Positions 1 to 9,983 are shown, numbered from the stretch's first letter. The stretch: 64,000 nucleotides of DNA from Burkholderiales bacterium (GCA_026932425.1 JAIXKN010000081.1:9781-73780); one strand, 5' to 3'. Translations and numbers: made by a program. The notes: generated by a model not told the origin, from the letters alone.

Positions 1-2
1 CC

Positions 3-848
3 GCGCTCAATGCGCGGCCGGCCTCGCAGCTCGACGAGTGGCTGCACGAAATCACCGAAGGCCTCGCGGCCTGGAACCGTGCGCACCCCGAACAACCCGC
101 GGCGCCGTTCGCGATCAACCAGATCGTGCACAAGACCAACGACCGCCTCGAGCACGACATGCAGGTCTGCGCCAAGTACAAGGTGCCGATCATGATCACG
201 AGCCTGGGCGCGCGCACCGACATCAACGACGCGGTGCACGGCTGGGGCGGCGTCGTGCTGCACGACGTGATCAACAACACCTTCGCGAAGAAGGCCATCG
301 AGAAGGGCGCCGACGGCCTGATCGCGGTGGCGGCCGGCGCCGGCGGCCATGCCGGCGTGAAGAGCCCGTTCGCGCTCGTGGCCGAGATCCGCGAGTGGTT
401 CGACGGGCCGATCGCGCTTTCGGGCGCGATCGCCACCGGCGACGCGGTGCTGGCCGCGCAGGCGATGGGCGCGGATCTGGCCTACATCGGCTCGGCGTTC
501 ATCGCCACCGACGAAGCGCGCGCCAGCGACGCCTACAAGCAGTGCGTCGTCGAGTGCACGAGCGACGACATCGTCTACTCGAGCCTCTTCACCGGTGTGC
601 ACGGCAACTACTTGAAGCCCTCGGTCCGCAAGGCCGGGATGGACCCCGACAACCTGCCCGAGAGCGACCCGAGCAAGATGAACTTCGGCGGCGACACGAG
701 CAAGGCCTGGAAGGACATCTGGGGCTGCGGCCAGGGCATCGCCCCGGTGAAGGCCGTGGTGCCGGCAGCCGAACTGGTTGCACGTCTGAAGCGCGAGTAC
801 CTGGCCGCGCGGGCGCGGCTGATCGAAGCTTCGGCCCATGTGCGCTGA
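3..848 (+). CDS. Nitronate monooxygenase (2-nitropropane dioxygenase) family flavoprotein, 5' truncated by the window edge
   Basis: The frame is open from position 3 (ALNARPASQLDEWL...PFAINQIVHK); motifs GAGGHAG, LSGAIATG, AYIGSAFIAT and WGCGQG. Confidence 0.9.
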   Translation, partial: ALNARPASQLDEWLHEITEGLAAWNRAHPEQPAAPFAINQIVHKTNDRLEHDMQVCAKYKVPIMITSLGARTDINDAVHGWGGVVLHDVINNTFAKKAIEKGADGLIAVAAGAGGHAGVKSPFALVAEIREWFDGPIALSGAIATGDAVLAAQAMGADLAYIGSAFIATDEARASDAYKQCVVECTSDDIVYSSLFTGVHGNYLKPSVRKAGMDPDNLPESDPSKMNFGGDTSKAWKDIWGCGQGIAPVKAVVPAAELVARLKREYLAARARLIEASAHVR

Positions 849-900
849 AAACCTTCCTGAAACCGCCGCCGCTGGCGCGGACCCGGATGTGCGCGACTCG

Positions 901-1215
901 ATGCGGTCGCGCTCCCCGCTCGGGAGCCATGGCCCAAAGGCTGCGGCAGCGCCCGCGGCGCTGCTTGCGATCGCGTCGGCCTTGCTGGTCGGCTGCTCGA
1001 CGGTGGGCGTGGGCATCGGGCTTCCCCTGCCGGGCGTGGGCTCGGTGGGCGTCTCGGTCGACAGCGGCGGCAACGTCGGCGGCGGCGTTTCCGTGGGTAC
1101 CCGAGGCGTCAGCGTCGGTGTGGGGGGCAGCGGACGCCTGCCGCCGGCGAGGGCGGAAGGCGCCGATGATTCGGCTTCGGCGCCCGCGGGAGCGGCATCG
1201 ACGCCGCAGAACTGA
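901..1215 (+). CDS. Small Gly/Val-rich lipoprotein, hypothetical
   Basis: ATG at 901; hydrophobic stretch ending in the lipobox LLVG-C, followed by GVGIG/GVSVG repeats; start uncertain. Confidence 0.7.
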   Translation: MRSRSPLGSHGPKAAAAPAALLAIASALLVGCSTVGVGIGLPLPGVGSVGVSVDSGGNVGGGVSVGTRGVSVGVGGSGRLPPARAEGADDSASAPAGAASTPQN

Positions 1216-1381
1216 GCCGCGCACCGGACGGTGGTCGAGCCCGCGCGGTGTGGTGCCCAAGGGCGCGCCACGCGCTCTCCCGCGCCCGGGTTTTCCGGCT
1301 TGTCAGCAAATCAACAGGGTTCGCATGGCCCAATTGCGCAGTGCGGACGCTGGCACTTCGGACGGTCGTCGACGGCCCGGG

Positions 1382-1390
1382 TGTTAGAGT
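1382..1390 (+). promoter_or_regulatory. Putative extended -10 promoter of the sucA operon (TGtTAGAGT)
   Basis: TGn+TAnnnT motif just upstream of the structured leader. Confidence 0.45.
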
Positions 1391-1410
1391 CGAAACCTCT
1401 CGAAGAAGTG

Positions 1411-1553
1411 GCCCTTCCCCGTCCCCTTGCTGAACGAGCGAGACAACAGCAAGGCGGGTCGCAATCCGCCAGCCCGGTGAAGCCGGGGTCGCGGAAGGTT
1501 TGGCAACCCATCGGAGCCCGCGGAAACCGCGGACGAAAGGTGAGCGAGCGATG
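1411..1553 (+). ncRNA. sucA RNA motif (Burkholderiales 5' leader; core about 1465-1553) plus an upstream hairpin
   Basis: Stems CCTTGCTG/CAGCAAGG (1425-1454), TCCGC/GCGGA enclosing CCCGG-TGAAG-CCGGG, GGTT-tggc-AACC and CCGCGG-aaa-CCGCGG, then SD AAAGGTGAG directly before sucA; matches the known location of the sucA motif. Confidence 0.8.
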
Positions 1554-4409
1554 ATGCAGCAGTACAGGTCCAATTCGTACCTGTTCGGGGGCAACGCCCC
1601 TTATGTCGAGGAACTCTACGAGGCCTACCTCGAGAACCCGGGCAGCGTGCCCGACAACTGGCGCACCTACTTCGACAACCTGCAGCACGTGCCTGCGGTC
1701 GACGGCAGCGAAGCGCGCGACGTGCCGCATGCCTCGGTCGTCGAATCGTTCGCGCAGCGCGCCAAGGCCAATGCCTTCGCGCTCAAGGCCAGCGCCAGCG
1801 ACCTCGCGGTAGCGCGCAAGCAGGTCCACGTCCAGAGCCTGATCGCCTCGTACCGCAACCTCGGCAGCCGCTGGGCCGATCTCGACCCGCTCAAGCGCGC
1901 CGAGCGCCCGCGCATCCCCGAGCTCGAACCGGCGTTCTACGACCTGACCGAGTCGGACATGGACATCATGTTCTCGGCGGCGAACACCTATTTCAGCAAG
2001 GCCGAGCACATGTCGCTGCGCGACATCCTGCAGGCGCTGCGCGAGACCTATTGCGGCACGATCGGCGCCGAGTTCATGCACTGCATGGATCCGGCCGAGA
2101 AGCGCTGGTGGCAGGAGCGGCTGGAGTCGATCCGCAGCAAGCCGAGCTACAGCGCCGAGCAGAAGACGCGCATCCTCGAGCGGCTGACCTCGGCCGAGGG
2201 CCTGGAGCGCTACCTGCACACCAAGTACGTCGGCCAGAAGCGCTTCTCGCTCGAGGGCGGCGAGAGCTTCATCGCCAGCATGGACGAGGTCGTGCAGCGC
2301 GCCGGGGAGCATGGCGTGCAGGAGATCGTCGTCGGCATGGCGCACCGCGGGCGCCTGAACGTGCTCGTCAACACGCTCGGCAAGATGCCCAAGGACCTCT
2401 TCGCCGAGTTCGACCACACGGCGCCCGAGGACCTGCCCGCCGGCGACGTCAAGTACCACCAGGGCTTCTCGAGCGACGTCTCGACGCCCGGCGGCCCGGT
2501 GCACCTGAGCCTGGCGTTCAACCCGAGCCACCTCGAGATCGTGAACCCGGTCGTCGAGGGTTCGGTCAAGGCGCGCATGGACCGCCGCGGCGACAAGGAA
2601 GGCAGCCAAGTGCTGCCGGTGCTCGTGCACGGCGACGCCGCGTTCGCCGGGCAGGGCGTGGTGATGGAGACGCTGGCGCTGGCGCAGACGCGCGGCTACT
2701 ACACCGGCGGCACGCTGCACATCGTCATCAACAACCAGATCGGCTTCACGACCAGCGACCCGCGCGACAGCCGCTCGACGCTGTACTGCACCGACGTCGT
2801 GAAGATGATCGAGGCACCGGTGCTGCACGTCAACGGCGACGATCCGGAATCGGTCGTGCTGTGCACGCAGCTGGCGATGGACTACCGCCAGCAGTTCAAG
2901 AAGGACGTCGTCGTCGACATCGTCTGCTTCCGCAAGCTCGGCCACAACGAGCAGGACACGCCGGCCCTCACCCAGCCGCTGATGTACAAGAAGATCGCGG
3001 CACATCCGGGCACGCGCAAGCTCTACGCCGACAAGCTCGAGGCGCAGGGCGTGCTGCCCGCCGGCGGCGGCGACCAGCTGGTGAAGCAGGTGCGAGCGGC
3101 CTTCGACGCCGGCAAGCACACGGTCGATCCGGTGCTCACCAACTTCAAGAGCAAGTACGCGGTCGACTGGGCGCCCTTCCTCGGCCGCAAGTGGACCGAC
3201 GCCGCCGACACCGCGCTGCCGCTGGCCGAGATCAAGCGCCTGGCCGAGCGGCTGACGACGGTGCCCGAAGGCTTCAAGGTGCACCCGCTGGCCGAGAAGG
3301 TGCTGACCGACCGCGCCGCGATGGGCCGCGGCGAGATCAACGTCGACTGGGGCATGGGCGAGACGCTGGCCTACGCCTCGCTCGTGGCCAGCGGCTACGC
3401 GGTGCGACTCTCGGGCGAGGACTGCGGCCGCGGCACCTTCGTGCACCGGCACGCGGTGCTGCACGACCAGAAGCGCGAGAAGTGGGACACCGGGACCTAC
3501 GTGCCGCTGGAGAACATCGCCGAGAACCAAGCGCCCTTCGTCGTCATCGACTCCATCCTCTCCGAGGAGGCGGTGCTGGGCTTCGAGTACGGCTACGCGA
3601 GCGCCGACCCGAACACGCTCACGATCTGGGAAGCGCAGTTCGGCGACTTCGCCAACGGTGCGCAGGTCGTGATCGACCAGTTCATCGCCAGCGGCGAGGT
3701 CAAGTGGGGCCGCGTCAACGGCCTGACGCTGCTGCTGCCGCACGGCTACGAAGGGCAGGGGCCGGAGCACAGTTCGGCCCGCGTCGAGCGCTTCATGCAG
3801 CTGGCCGCCGAGAACAACATGCAGATCGTGCAGCCGACGAGCGCCAGCCAGATCTTCCATCTGCTGCGCCGGCAGATGGTGCGCCAGTTCCGCAAGCCGC
3901 TCGTGGTCTTCACGCCCAAGAGCCTGCTGCGCAACAAGGACGCGACCTCGCCGCTGTCCGAATTCACCAAGGGCGAGTTCCGCACGGTGATCGGCGAGCA
4001 GAACCGCGAGATCGCCGCGGAGAAGGTCAAGCGCGTGATCATCTGCTCGGGCAAGGTCTACTACGACCTCGTCAAGCGTCGCGAGGAGAAGAAGGCGACC
4101 GACGTCGCGCTGATGCGCGTCGAGCAGCTCTACCCGTTCCCGCACAAGGCCCTGGCCGCCGAGCTGAAGAGGTATCCGAACGCCACCGAGATCGTCTGGT
4201 GCCAGGACGAACCGCAGAACCAGGGCGCCTGGTTCTTCGTCGAGCACCAGCTGCTGGAGAACATGCACGAGGGCCAGAAGCTCGGCTACGCCGGGCGTGC
4301 CGCGTCGGCGTCGCCCGCGGTGGGTTACCCGCACCTTCACCAGGAGCAGCTCAAGTCGCTGCTCGACCAGGCCTTCGGCAAGCTCAAGGGCTACGCGCTG
4401 AGCAGGTAA
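1551..4409 (+). CDS. sucA: 2-oxoglutarate dehydrogenase E1 component
   Basis: SYLFGGNAPYVEELYE, KRFSLEGGE, HGDAAFAGQG and LPHGYEGQGPEHSSAR; ATG after SD. Confidence 0.98.
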   Translation: MMQQYRSNSYLFGGNAPYVEELYEAYLENPGSVPDNWRTYFDNLQHVPAVDGSEARDVPHASVVESFAQRAKANAFALKASASDLAVARKQVHVQSLIASYRNLGSRWADLDPLKRAERPRIPELEPAFYDLTESDMDIMFSAANTYFSKAEHMSLRDILQALRETYCGTIGAEFMHCMDPAEKRWWQERLESIRSKPSYSAEQKTRILERLTSAEGLERYLHTKYVGQKRFSLEGGESFIASMDEVVQRAGEHGVQEIVVGMAHRGRLNVLVNTLGKMPKDLFAEFDHTAPEDLPAGDVKYHQGFSSDVSTPGGPVHLSLAFNPSHLEIVNPVVEGSVKARMDRRGDKEGSQVLPVLVHGDAAFAGQGVVMETLALAQTRGYYTGGTLHIVINNQIGFTTSDPRDSRSTLYCTDVVKMIEAPVLHVNGDDPESVVLCTQLAMDYRQQFKKDVVVDIVCFRKLGHNEQDTPALTQPLMYKKIAAHPGTRKLYADKLEAQGVLPAGGGDQLVKQVRAAFDAGKHTVDPVLTNFKSKYAVDWAPFLGRKWTDAADTALPLAEIKRLAERLTTVPEGFKVHPLAEKVLTDRAAMGRGEINVDWGMGETLAYASLVASGYAVRLSGEDCGRGTFVHRHAVLHDQKREKWDTGTYVPLENIAENQAPFVVIDSILSEEAVLGFEYGYASADPNTLTIWEAQFGDFANGAQVVIDQFIASGEVKWGRVNGLTLLLPHGYEGQGPEHSSARVERFMQLAAENNMQIVQPTSASQIFHLLRRQMVRQFRKPLVVFTPKSLLRNKDATSPLSEFTKGEFRTVIGEQNREIAAEKVKRVIICSGKVYYDLVKRREEKKATDVALMRVEQLYPFPHKALAAELKRYPNATEIVWCQDEPQNQGAWFFVEHQLLENMHEGQKLGYAGRAASASPAVGYPHLHQEQLKSLLDQAFGKLKGYALSR

Positions 4410-4499
4410 GCACGCGCGCTGGCGTCGTCGGATCCGGGCGGGTGCTTCGCCACCCGCACCGGCGCGGCGCCGCGCAGGAACGAACAAGCGAGACACATC

Positions 4500-5774
4500 A
4501 TGGCAATCGTTGAAGTCAAGGTTCCGCAGCTCTCCGAGTCGGTCTCGGAGGCCACGCTGCTGCAATGGAAGAAGAAGCCCGGCGAGGCCGTGGCGATGGA
4601 CGAGATCCTGATCGAGATCGAGACCGACAAGGTCGTGCTCGAGGTTCCGGCGCCCGCGGCAGGCGTGCTCACCGAGATCGTCGCCGCCGATGGCGCGACC
4701 GTGACGGCCGATCAGCTGATCGCGCGCATCGACACCGAGGCGACCGTCGGCGCCGCGGCTCCCGCTGCAGCGCCTGCGCCGGCGGCAGCCGCTGCAGCGC
4801 CGCCAGCGACGGCGCCGGCAGCGGCTGGCGGCAAGGCCGCGGGTGTGGCGATGCCGGCCGCGGCCAAGCTGATGGCCGATCACGGCCTGGCCGCGGGCTC
4901 GGTGCCGGGCAGCGGCAAGGATGGCCGCGTGACCAAGGGCGACGTGCTCGCCGCAGTGGCCGGTGGCGCGGCAGCGCCGGCGCCCGCGGCGGCGCCGGTC
5001 GCGGCACCGGTGGCGCCGTCCGTGGCCAAGCCCTTGCCGGCCGTGGCCGCACCGATGAGCGAGAACCTCGGCGACCGCCCCGAGCAGCGCGTGCCGATGA
5101 CGCGCCTGCGCGCGCGCATCGCCGAGCGGCTGCTGCAGTCGCAGGCGACCAACGCGATCCTCACCACCTTCAACGAGGTCAACATGGCCCCGGTGATGGA
5201 GATGCGCAAGCGGTTCCAGGACCGCTTCGAGAAGGAGCACGGCGTCAAGCTCGGCTTCATGAGCTTCTTCGTCAAGGCGGCGGTCGCCGCGCTCAAGCGC
5301 TACCCGATCGTCAACGCCAGCGTCGACGGCAACGACATCGTCTACCACGGCTACTTCGACATCGGCATCGCGGTGGGCTCGCCGCGCGGCCTCGTCGTGC
5401 CGGTGCTGCGCAATGCCGACCAGATGAGCTTTGCCGACGTCGAGAAGAAGATCGCCGAGTACGGCGTGAAGGCGCGCGACGGCAAGCTCAGCATCGAGGA
5501 GCTCTCGGGCGGCACCTTCTCGATCAGCAACGGCGGCGTCTTCGGCTCCATGCTCTCGACGCCGATCATCAACCCGCCGCAGTCGGCGATCCTCGGCGTG
5601 CATGCGACCAAGGAGCGCGCCGTGGTCGAGAACGGGCAGATCGTCGTGCGTCCGATGAACTACCTGGCGCTCAGCTACGACCACCGCATCATCGATGGTC
5701 GCGAGGCGGTGCTCAGCCTGGTGGCGATGAAGGAAGCGCTGGAAGACCCGGCGCGCCTGCTGTTCGACATCTGA
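4500..5774 (+). CDS. sucB: Dihydrolipoyllysine succinyltransferase E2
   Basis: Lipoyl domain ETDKV, Ala/Pro linker, [10 protein letters not shown] and DHRIIDG. Confidence 0.98.
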   Translation: MAIVEVKVPQLSESVSEATLLQWKKKPGEAVAMDEILIEIETDKVVLEVPAPAAGVLTEIVAADGATVTADQLIARIDTEATVGAAAPAAAPAPAAAAAAPPATAPAAAGGKAAGVAMPAAAKLMADHGLAAGSVPGSGKDGRVTKGDVLAAVAGGAAAPAPAAAPVAAPVAPSVAKPLPAVAAPMSENLGDRPEQRVPMTRLRARIAERLLQSQATNAILTTFNEVNMAPVMEMRKRFQDRFEKEHGVKLGFMSFFVKAAVAALKRYPIVNASVDGNDIVYHGYFDIGIAVGSPRGLVVPVLRNADQMSFADVEKKIAEYGVKARDGKLSIEELSGGTFSISNGGVFGSMLSTPIINPPQSAILGVHATKERAVVENGQIVVRPMNYLALSYDHRIIDGREAVLSLVAMKEALEDPARLLFDI

Positions 5775-5784
5775 GGACGACGCC

Positions 5785-7215
5785 ATGAGCACCAAGACCT
5801 TCGACGTCGTCGTCATCGGCGGCGGCCCGGGCGGCTACATCGCCGCGATCCGGGCGGCGCAGCTGGGGATGAACGTCGCCTGCATCGACGACTGGAAGAA
5901 CGCCGCCGGCGGTCCCGCGCCGGGCGGCACCTGCACCAACGTCGGCTGCATCCCGAGCAAGGCGCTGCTGCAGTCCAGCGAGCACTACGAGCACGCCGCG
6001 AAGCACTTCGGCGAGCACGGCATCAGCTTGTCCGACCTCGCCATCGACGTGAAGAAGATGGTGGCCCGCAAGGACCAGGTGGTCAAGCAGAACAACGACG
6101 GCATCCTCTACCTCTTCAAGAAGAACAAGGTCGCGTTCTTCCACGGCCGCGGCTCCTTCGTGAAGGCCGCGGACGGTGGCTACGAGATCGCGGTCGACGG
6201 CGCCGAGAAGCAGAGCATCGTCGGCAAGCAGGTGATCGTCGCCACCGGCTCGAGCGCGCGCCCGCTGCCCGGCGTGGCCTTCGACGAGGAGAAGGTGCTG
6301 AGCAACGACGGCGCGCTGCGCATCGGCAGCGTGCCGAAGAAGCTGGGCGTGATCGGATCGGGCGTGATCGGCCTCGAGATGGGTTCGGTCTGGCGGCGCG
6401 TCGGCGCCGAGGTCACGGTGCTCGAGGCGATGCCCGGCTTCCTGCCGGCGGCCGACGAGCAGGTCGCCAAGGAGGCGCTCAAGCTGCTCACGCGCCAGGG
6501 CCTGAAGATCGAGTTCGGCGTCAAGGTCGGCGGCGTCAAGGTCGGCAAGAAGGGCGTGACCGTCTCCTACACCGACGCCAAGGACAAGGCGCACGAGCTG
6601 GAGGTCGACAAGCTCATCGTCAGCATCGGCCGCGTGCCCAACACCGTCGGTCTGAACGTCGAGGCCGTGGGCCTGAAGCTCGACGAGCGCGGCTTCGTCG
6701 CCGTCGACGACGACTGCCGCACCAACCTGCCGGGCGTGTGGGCGGTGGGCGACGTCGTGCGCGGCCCCATGCTCGCGCACAAGGCCGAGGAGGAAGGCGT
6801 GGCCGTGGCCGAGCGCATCGCCGGCCAGCACGGCCACGTCGACTTCAACCTCATCCCCTTCGTCATCTACACCAGCCCCGAGATCGCCTGGGTCGGCCAG
6901 ACCGAGCAGGCGCTGAAGGCCGCGGGCCGCGCCTACAAGGCCGGCAGCTTCCCCTTCATGGCCAACGGCCGCGCGCGCGCGCTCGGCGACACCTCCGGCT
7001 TCGTCAAGTTCCTCGCCGATGCGGCAAGCGACGAGATCCTCGGCGTGCACATCGTGGGCCCGCTGGCCAGCGAACTCATCGCCGAGGCATGCGTGGCCAT
7101 GGCCTTCAGGGCAAGCGCCGAGGACATCGCGCGCATCTGCCACGCGCACCCCTCGCTGTCGGAGTCGATGAAGGAAGCGGCGCTGGCCGTCGACAAGCGC
7201 ACGCTCAACTTCTGA
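5785..7215 (+). CDS. lpdA: Dihydrolipoamide dehydrogenase E3
   Basis: GGGPGG, GGTCTNVGCIPSK and HAHPSLSE. Confidence 0.98.
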   Translation: MSTKTFDVVVIGGGPGGYIAAIRAAQLGMNVACIDDWKNAAGGPAPGGTCTNVGCIPSKALLQSSEHYEHAAKHFGEHGISLSDLAIDVKKMVARKDQVVKQNNDGILYLFKKNKVAFFHGRGSFVKAADGGYEIAVDGAEKQSIVGKQVIVATGSSARPLPGVAFDEEKVLSNDGALRIGSVPKKLGVIGSGVIGLEMGSVWRRVGAEVTVLEAMPGFLPAADEQVAKEALKLLTRQGLKIEFGVKVGGVKVGKKGVTVSYTDAKDKAHELEVDKLIVSIGRVPNTVGLNVEAVGLKLDERGFVAVDDDCRTNLPGVWAVGDVVRGPMLAHKAEEEGVAVAERIAGQHGHVDFNLIPFVIYTSPEIAWVGQTEQALKAAGRAYKAGSFPFMANGRARALGDTSGFVKFLADAASDEILGVHIVGPLASELIAEACVAMAFRASAEDIARICHAHPSLSESMKEAALAVDKRTLNF

Positions 7216-7241
7216 TCGCGATCCCACGGGCGCGATCTACG

Positions 7242-7277
7242 GCGACGGCCAGGCAGGACCTGGCCGTCGCGCTTTTA
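7242..7277 (+). terminator. Probable intrinsic terminator after lpdA
   Basis: 12-bp perfect stem GCGACGGCCAGG/CCTGGCCGTCGC followed by GCTTTTA. Confidence 0.6.
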
Positions 7278-7292
7278 TGATCCTTTGCTTCC

Positions 7293-8390
7293 ATGCCGGT
7301 TCGACAGCTCTACGAACAGACCCTGGCCGAGCGCGGCTACGTCGCCGACGAGGCGCAATTGCGCGCCGTCGCCGCGCTCGAACGCTGCGAGAACGAGTGG
7401 GCCGACTACAAGGCGCGGCGCAGCAACGCGATCACCAAGCTCATCCGCCACCCGCCGATCCCGCGCGGCGTCTACATGTGGGGCGGCGTGGGCCGCGGCA
7501 AGAGCTTCCTGATGGACTGCTTCTTCCAGGCCGTGCCGCTGACGCGCAAGACGCGGCTGCACTTCCACGAGTTCATGCGCGAGGTGCACCGCCAGCTGCA
7601 GGACCTCAAGGGCACGGTCAATCCGCTGGACGAGCTCGGCCGCCGCATCGCGCGCCGCTACCGGCTGATCTGCTTCGACGAGTTCCACGTCGCCGACGTG
7701 ACCGACGCGATGATCCTGCACCGGCTGCTGCAGTCGCTGTTCGACAACCGGGTGAGCATCGTCACGACGAGCAACTTCCACCCCGACGAGCTCTACCCCA
7801 ACGGCCTGCACCGCGACCGCATCCTGCCGGCGATCGAGCTGCTGAAGGCGCATCTCGAGGTCATCAACGTCGACGCGGGGCACGACTACCGGCGGCGCTC
7901 GCTCGAGCAGATGAAGATGTACCACTGGCCGCTGGACGCCGCGGCCGAGGCGGCGTTGAAGCAGGCCTTCGAGCAGCTCGCCGAGGCGCGCGACGAGGAC
8001 CCGGTGATGCACATCGAGCACCGCGAGCTGCGCGCGCTGCGCCGCGCCGGCGGCGTCGTCTGGTTCGACTTCCGCACGCTCTGCGGCGGCCCGCGCTCGC
8101 AGAACGACTACCTCGAGATCGCCTCGCGCTTTCACACCGTGCTGCTCTCGGGCGTGCCGCAGATGCCGCCGCGCCTGGCCAGCGAGGCGCGGCGCTTCAC
8201 CTGGCTCGTCGACGTGCTCTACGACCGGCACGTCAAGCTCGTGATCTCCGCCGCGGTGCCGGCCGAGCAGCTCTACACCGAAGGGCCGCTCGTGCACGAG
8301 TTCCCACGTACCGTCTCCCGCCTTGTGGAGATGCAGACCAACGAGTACCTGGCTCTGGCGCGGCGCGAGGTCGACACCTCGCTGACCTGA
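7293..8390 (+). CDS. zapE: Cell division ATPase ZapE (AFG1 family)
   Basis: Walker A GGVGRGKS, HFHEFM, CFDEFHVADVTDAMIL and RRFTWLVDVLYD. Confidence 0.95.
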   Translation: MPVRQLYEQTLAERGYVADEAQLRAVAALERCENEWADYKARRSNAITKLIRHPPIPRGVYMWGGVGRGKSFLMDCFFQAVPLTRKTRLHFHEFMREVHRQLQDLKGTVNPLDELGRRIARRYRLICFDEFHVADVTDAMILHRLLQSLFDNRVSIVTTSNFHPDELYPNGLHRDRILPAIELLKAHLEVINVDAGHDYRRRSLEQMKMYHWPLDAAAEAALKQAFEQLAEARDEDPVMHIEHRELRALRRAGGVVWFDFRTLCGGPRSQNDYLEIASRFHTVLLSGVPQMPPRLASEARRFTWLVDVLYDRHVKLVISAAVPAEQLYTEGPLVHEFPRTVSRLVEMQTNEYLALARREVDTSLT

Positions 8391-8416
8391 GGCCAAGCTC
8401 CAGTAGGCCGTGCCCG

Positions 8417-9172
8417 ATGCGCCTGATTGCCGCCCTTGTCCTGATGCTTGGCGCGGGGCTGGTGCCCGCTCCGATCCTGTCTGCGCCGGACGACGTGACC
8501 TTGCAGCGGCAGCGGATCGCCGCTGACAGGGCGGCGGTGGAGGCGCAGTATGCGGGGGAGGCGCAACGGTGCCGGCAGCGCTTCGCCGTCAACGACTGCC
8601 TGGATGCCGCCCGCCGGCAGCGCCGACAGGCGCTGGCGGCGCTGCAGGAGCAGGAACTCGCACTCGACGAGGCTCTCCGCACGCGCCGCGCCGCCGAGCG
8701 CGAGGCGGCGATCGCTCGACATCGGGCCGAGGTGGCGCGGCGCGGCGCCGCGGCGGGCTCGGCTGCCGCTGCGCGAGACGCCGGGTCGAACCCGCCCCCC
8801 GGGGCATCGGCCGCGACGCCGGCGGCGGTTCGGTCCAGCCACCCGCCGTCGTCCCCCCGGTCTGCGTCCGAGGGGCCGCCTGCGGCCAGGGCCCCGGTGG
8901 CGATTCCGCCGGCAGCGGGCGAGGGCGAAGCGCCGTCGTCCGCCCCGGCTCCTGCTGCGTCGACACCGCGCAGCGCCGCGCAGAGGACGGCGGCGCGATC
9001 GGCCGGGACGGCATCGCAAGCCGCTGCGCGTGCGCAGGCCGCGCGGGAACGCAGGGCTCACATCGAAGAGGGCCAGCGGCGCATCCAGGAGCGGCTCGAG
9101 AAGCGCGCGGCCAAGGGCCGACAGATCGCGCCGCTGCCGCCGCCACCGGCGTCCGCCCCCGCCGGTGGCTGA
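8417..9172 (+). CDS. Exported coiled-coil hypothetical protein
   Basis: Signal-peptide-like N-terminus, CRQRFAVNDC motif, Ala/Arg helical regions and a Pro/Ala linker. Confidence 0.75.
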   Translation: MRLIAALVLMLGAGLVPAPILSAPDDVTLQRQRIAADRAAVEAQYAGEAQRCRQRFAVNDCLDAARRQRRQALAALQEQELALDEALRTRRAAEREAAIARHRAEVARRGAAAGSAAAARDAGSNPPPGASAATPAAVRSSHPPSSPRSASEGPPAARAPVAIPPAAGEGEAPSSAPAPAASTPRSAAQRTAARSAGTASQAAARAQAARERRAHIEEGQRRIQERLEKRAAKGRQIAPLPPPPASAPAGG

Positions 9173-9206
9173 TCCGCGCCCGGCCGGGGCGTCTGGCCCG
9201 CCCCGC

Positions 9207-9983
9207 CTACTTCAGCGGGTCGACGCGCATCAGCGCGACCGACAGGTTGTCGCCGCCGCCTCGGGCACGCTGCCGCGCCTTGGAGATCAGCATCTCGCCG
9301 GCTTCGCGCGGAGGCAGCGCGTGCACGATCGCGCCGATCTCCTTGGGCGTGAAGTAGTGCCAGAGCCCGTCGCTGCAGGCCAGCAGGGTGTCGCCGAAGA
9401 CCAGCCGCTCGATCCGCCACAAGGCCAGCGGCGGATCGGCCTGCGTGCCCAGGCAGCCGGTGAGCAGGTTCGACTGGGGGTGCGTGTTCGCCGCTTCCTC
9501 GCTCAGACGGCCCTCGTCGACCAGGCGCTGGACGAAGGAGTGATCGAGTGTGCGGCGCAGCATCTCCGCGCCGCGGAAGTGATAGACGCGCGAATCGCCC
9601 GCGTGCACCGCCCAGGCATCGAGCTCCGGGTTGACGAGGAAGGCGGCGATGGTGCTGTGCGGCTCTTCCTCGGCAGTGATGGCCGTGAGCTTGATCATCA
9701 GGTGCGCTTCCATCACCAGCTGGCGCAGCAGATCGGCCGGATCGTCCTGCTGCGGCACGTAGCGCTCGAAGATCTGGCGGCCCGTCAGCAGCACCTGATC
9801 GGCGGCCTTGCGGCCCCCGCTCTTTCCGCCCATGCCGTCGGCGACGATCGCCAACGCGCAGCCCTTGATGCGCGCATGGGTGATGATTTCGACCTGATCC
9901 TGCTGATAGGCGCGGTCGCCTCTGTGCAGCCCGGTGGCGGCCGTCAGGCGAAAAGCTTGCGCGGCCTGGGCAGTCGGAGTCAT
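9207..9983 (-). CDS. PP2C-family Ser/Thr protein phosphatase
   Basis: ADGMGG, HAGDSRVY, TLDHS, LACSDGLW and GGDNLS motifs. Confidence 0.93.
   Translation of the reverse strand: MTPTAQAAQAFRLTAATGLHRGDRAYQQDQVEIITHARIKGCALAIVADGMGGKSGGRKAADQVLLTGRQIFERYVPQQDDPADLLRQLVMEAHLMIKLTAITAEEEPHSTIAAFLVNPELDAWAVHAGDSRVYHFRGAEMLRRTLDHSFVQRLVDEGRLSEEAANTHPQSNLLTGCLGTQADPPLALWRIERLVFGDTLLACSDGLWHYFTPKEIGAIVHALPPREAGEMLISKARQRARGGGDNLSVALMRVDPLK

Noticed and set aside
4740-5060. Low-complexity GCG/CCG repeats in sucB
   Set aside because: Ordinary Ala/Pro-rich E2 linkers
1311-5816. 1501-aa ORF on the - strand opposite sucA-sucB
   Set aside because: Shadow ORF caused by high-GC codon bias; it lies antisense to clear genes and has no recognisable domain. 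The same applies to 19035-22292, 29798-32272, 43062-45869, 54640-57261 and 58371-61193.
7277-9172. 631-aa ORF overlapping zapE
   Set aside because: The 5' part is an alternate-frame read of zapE; only 8417-9172 looks like a real gene
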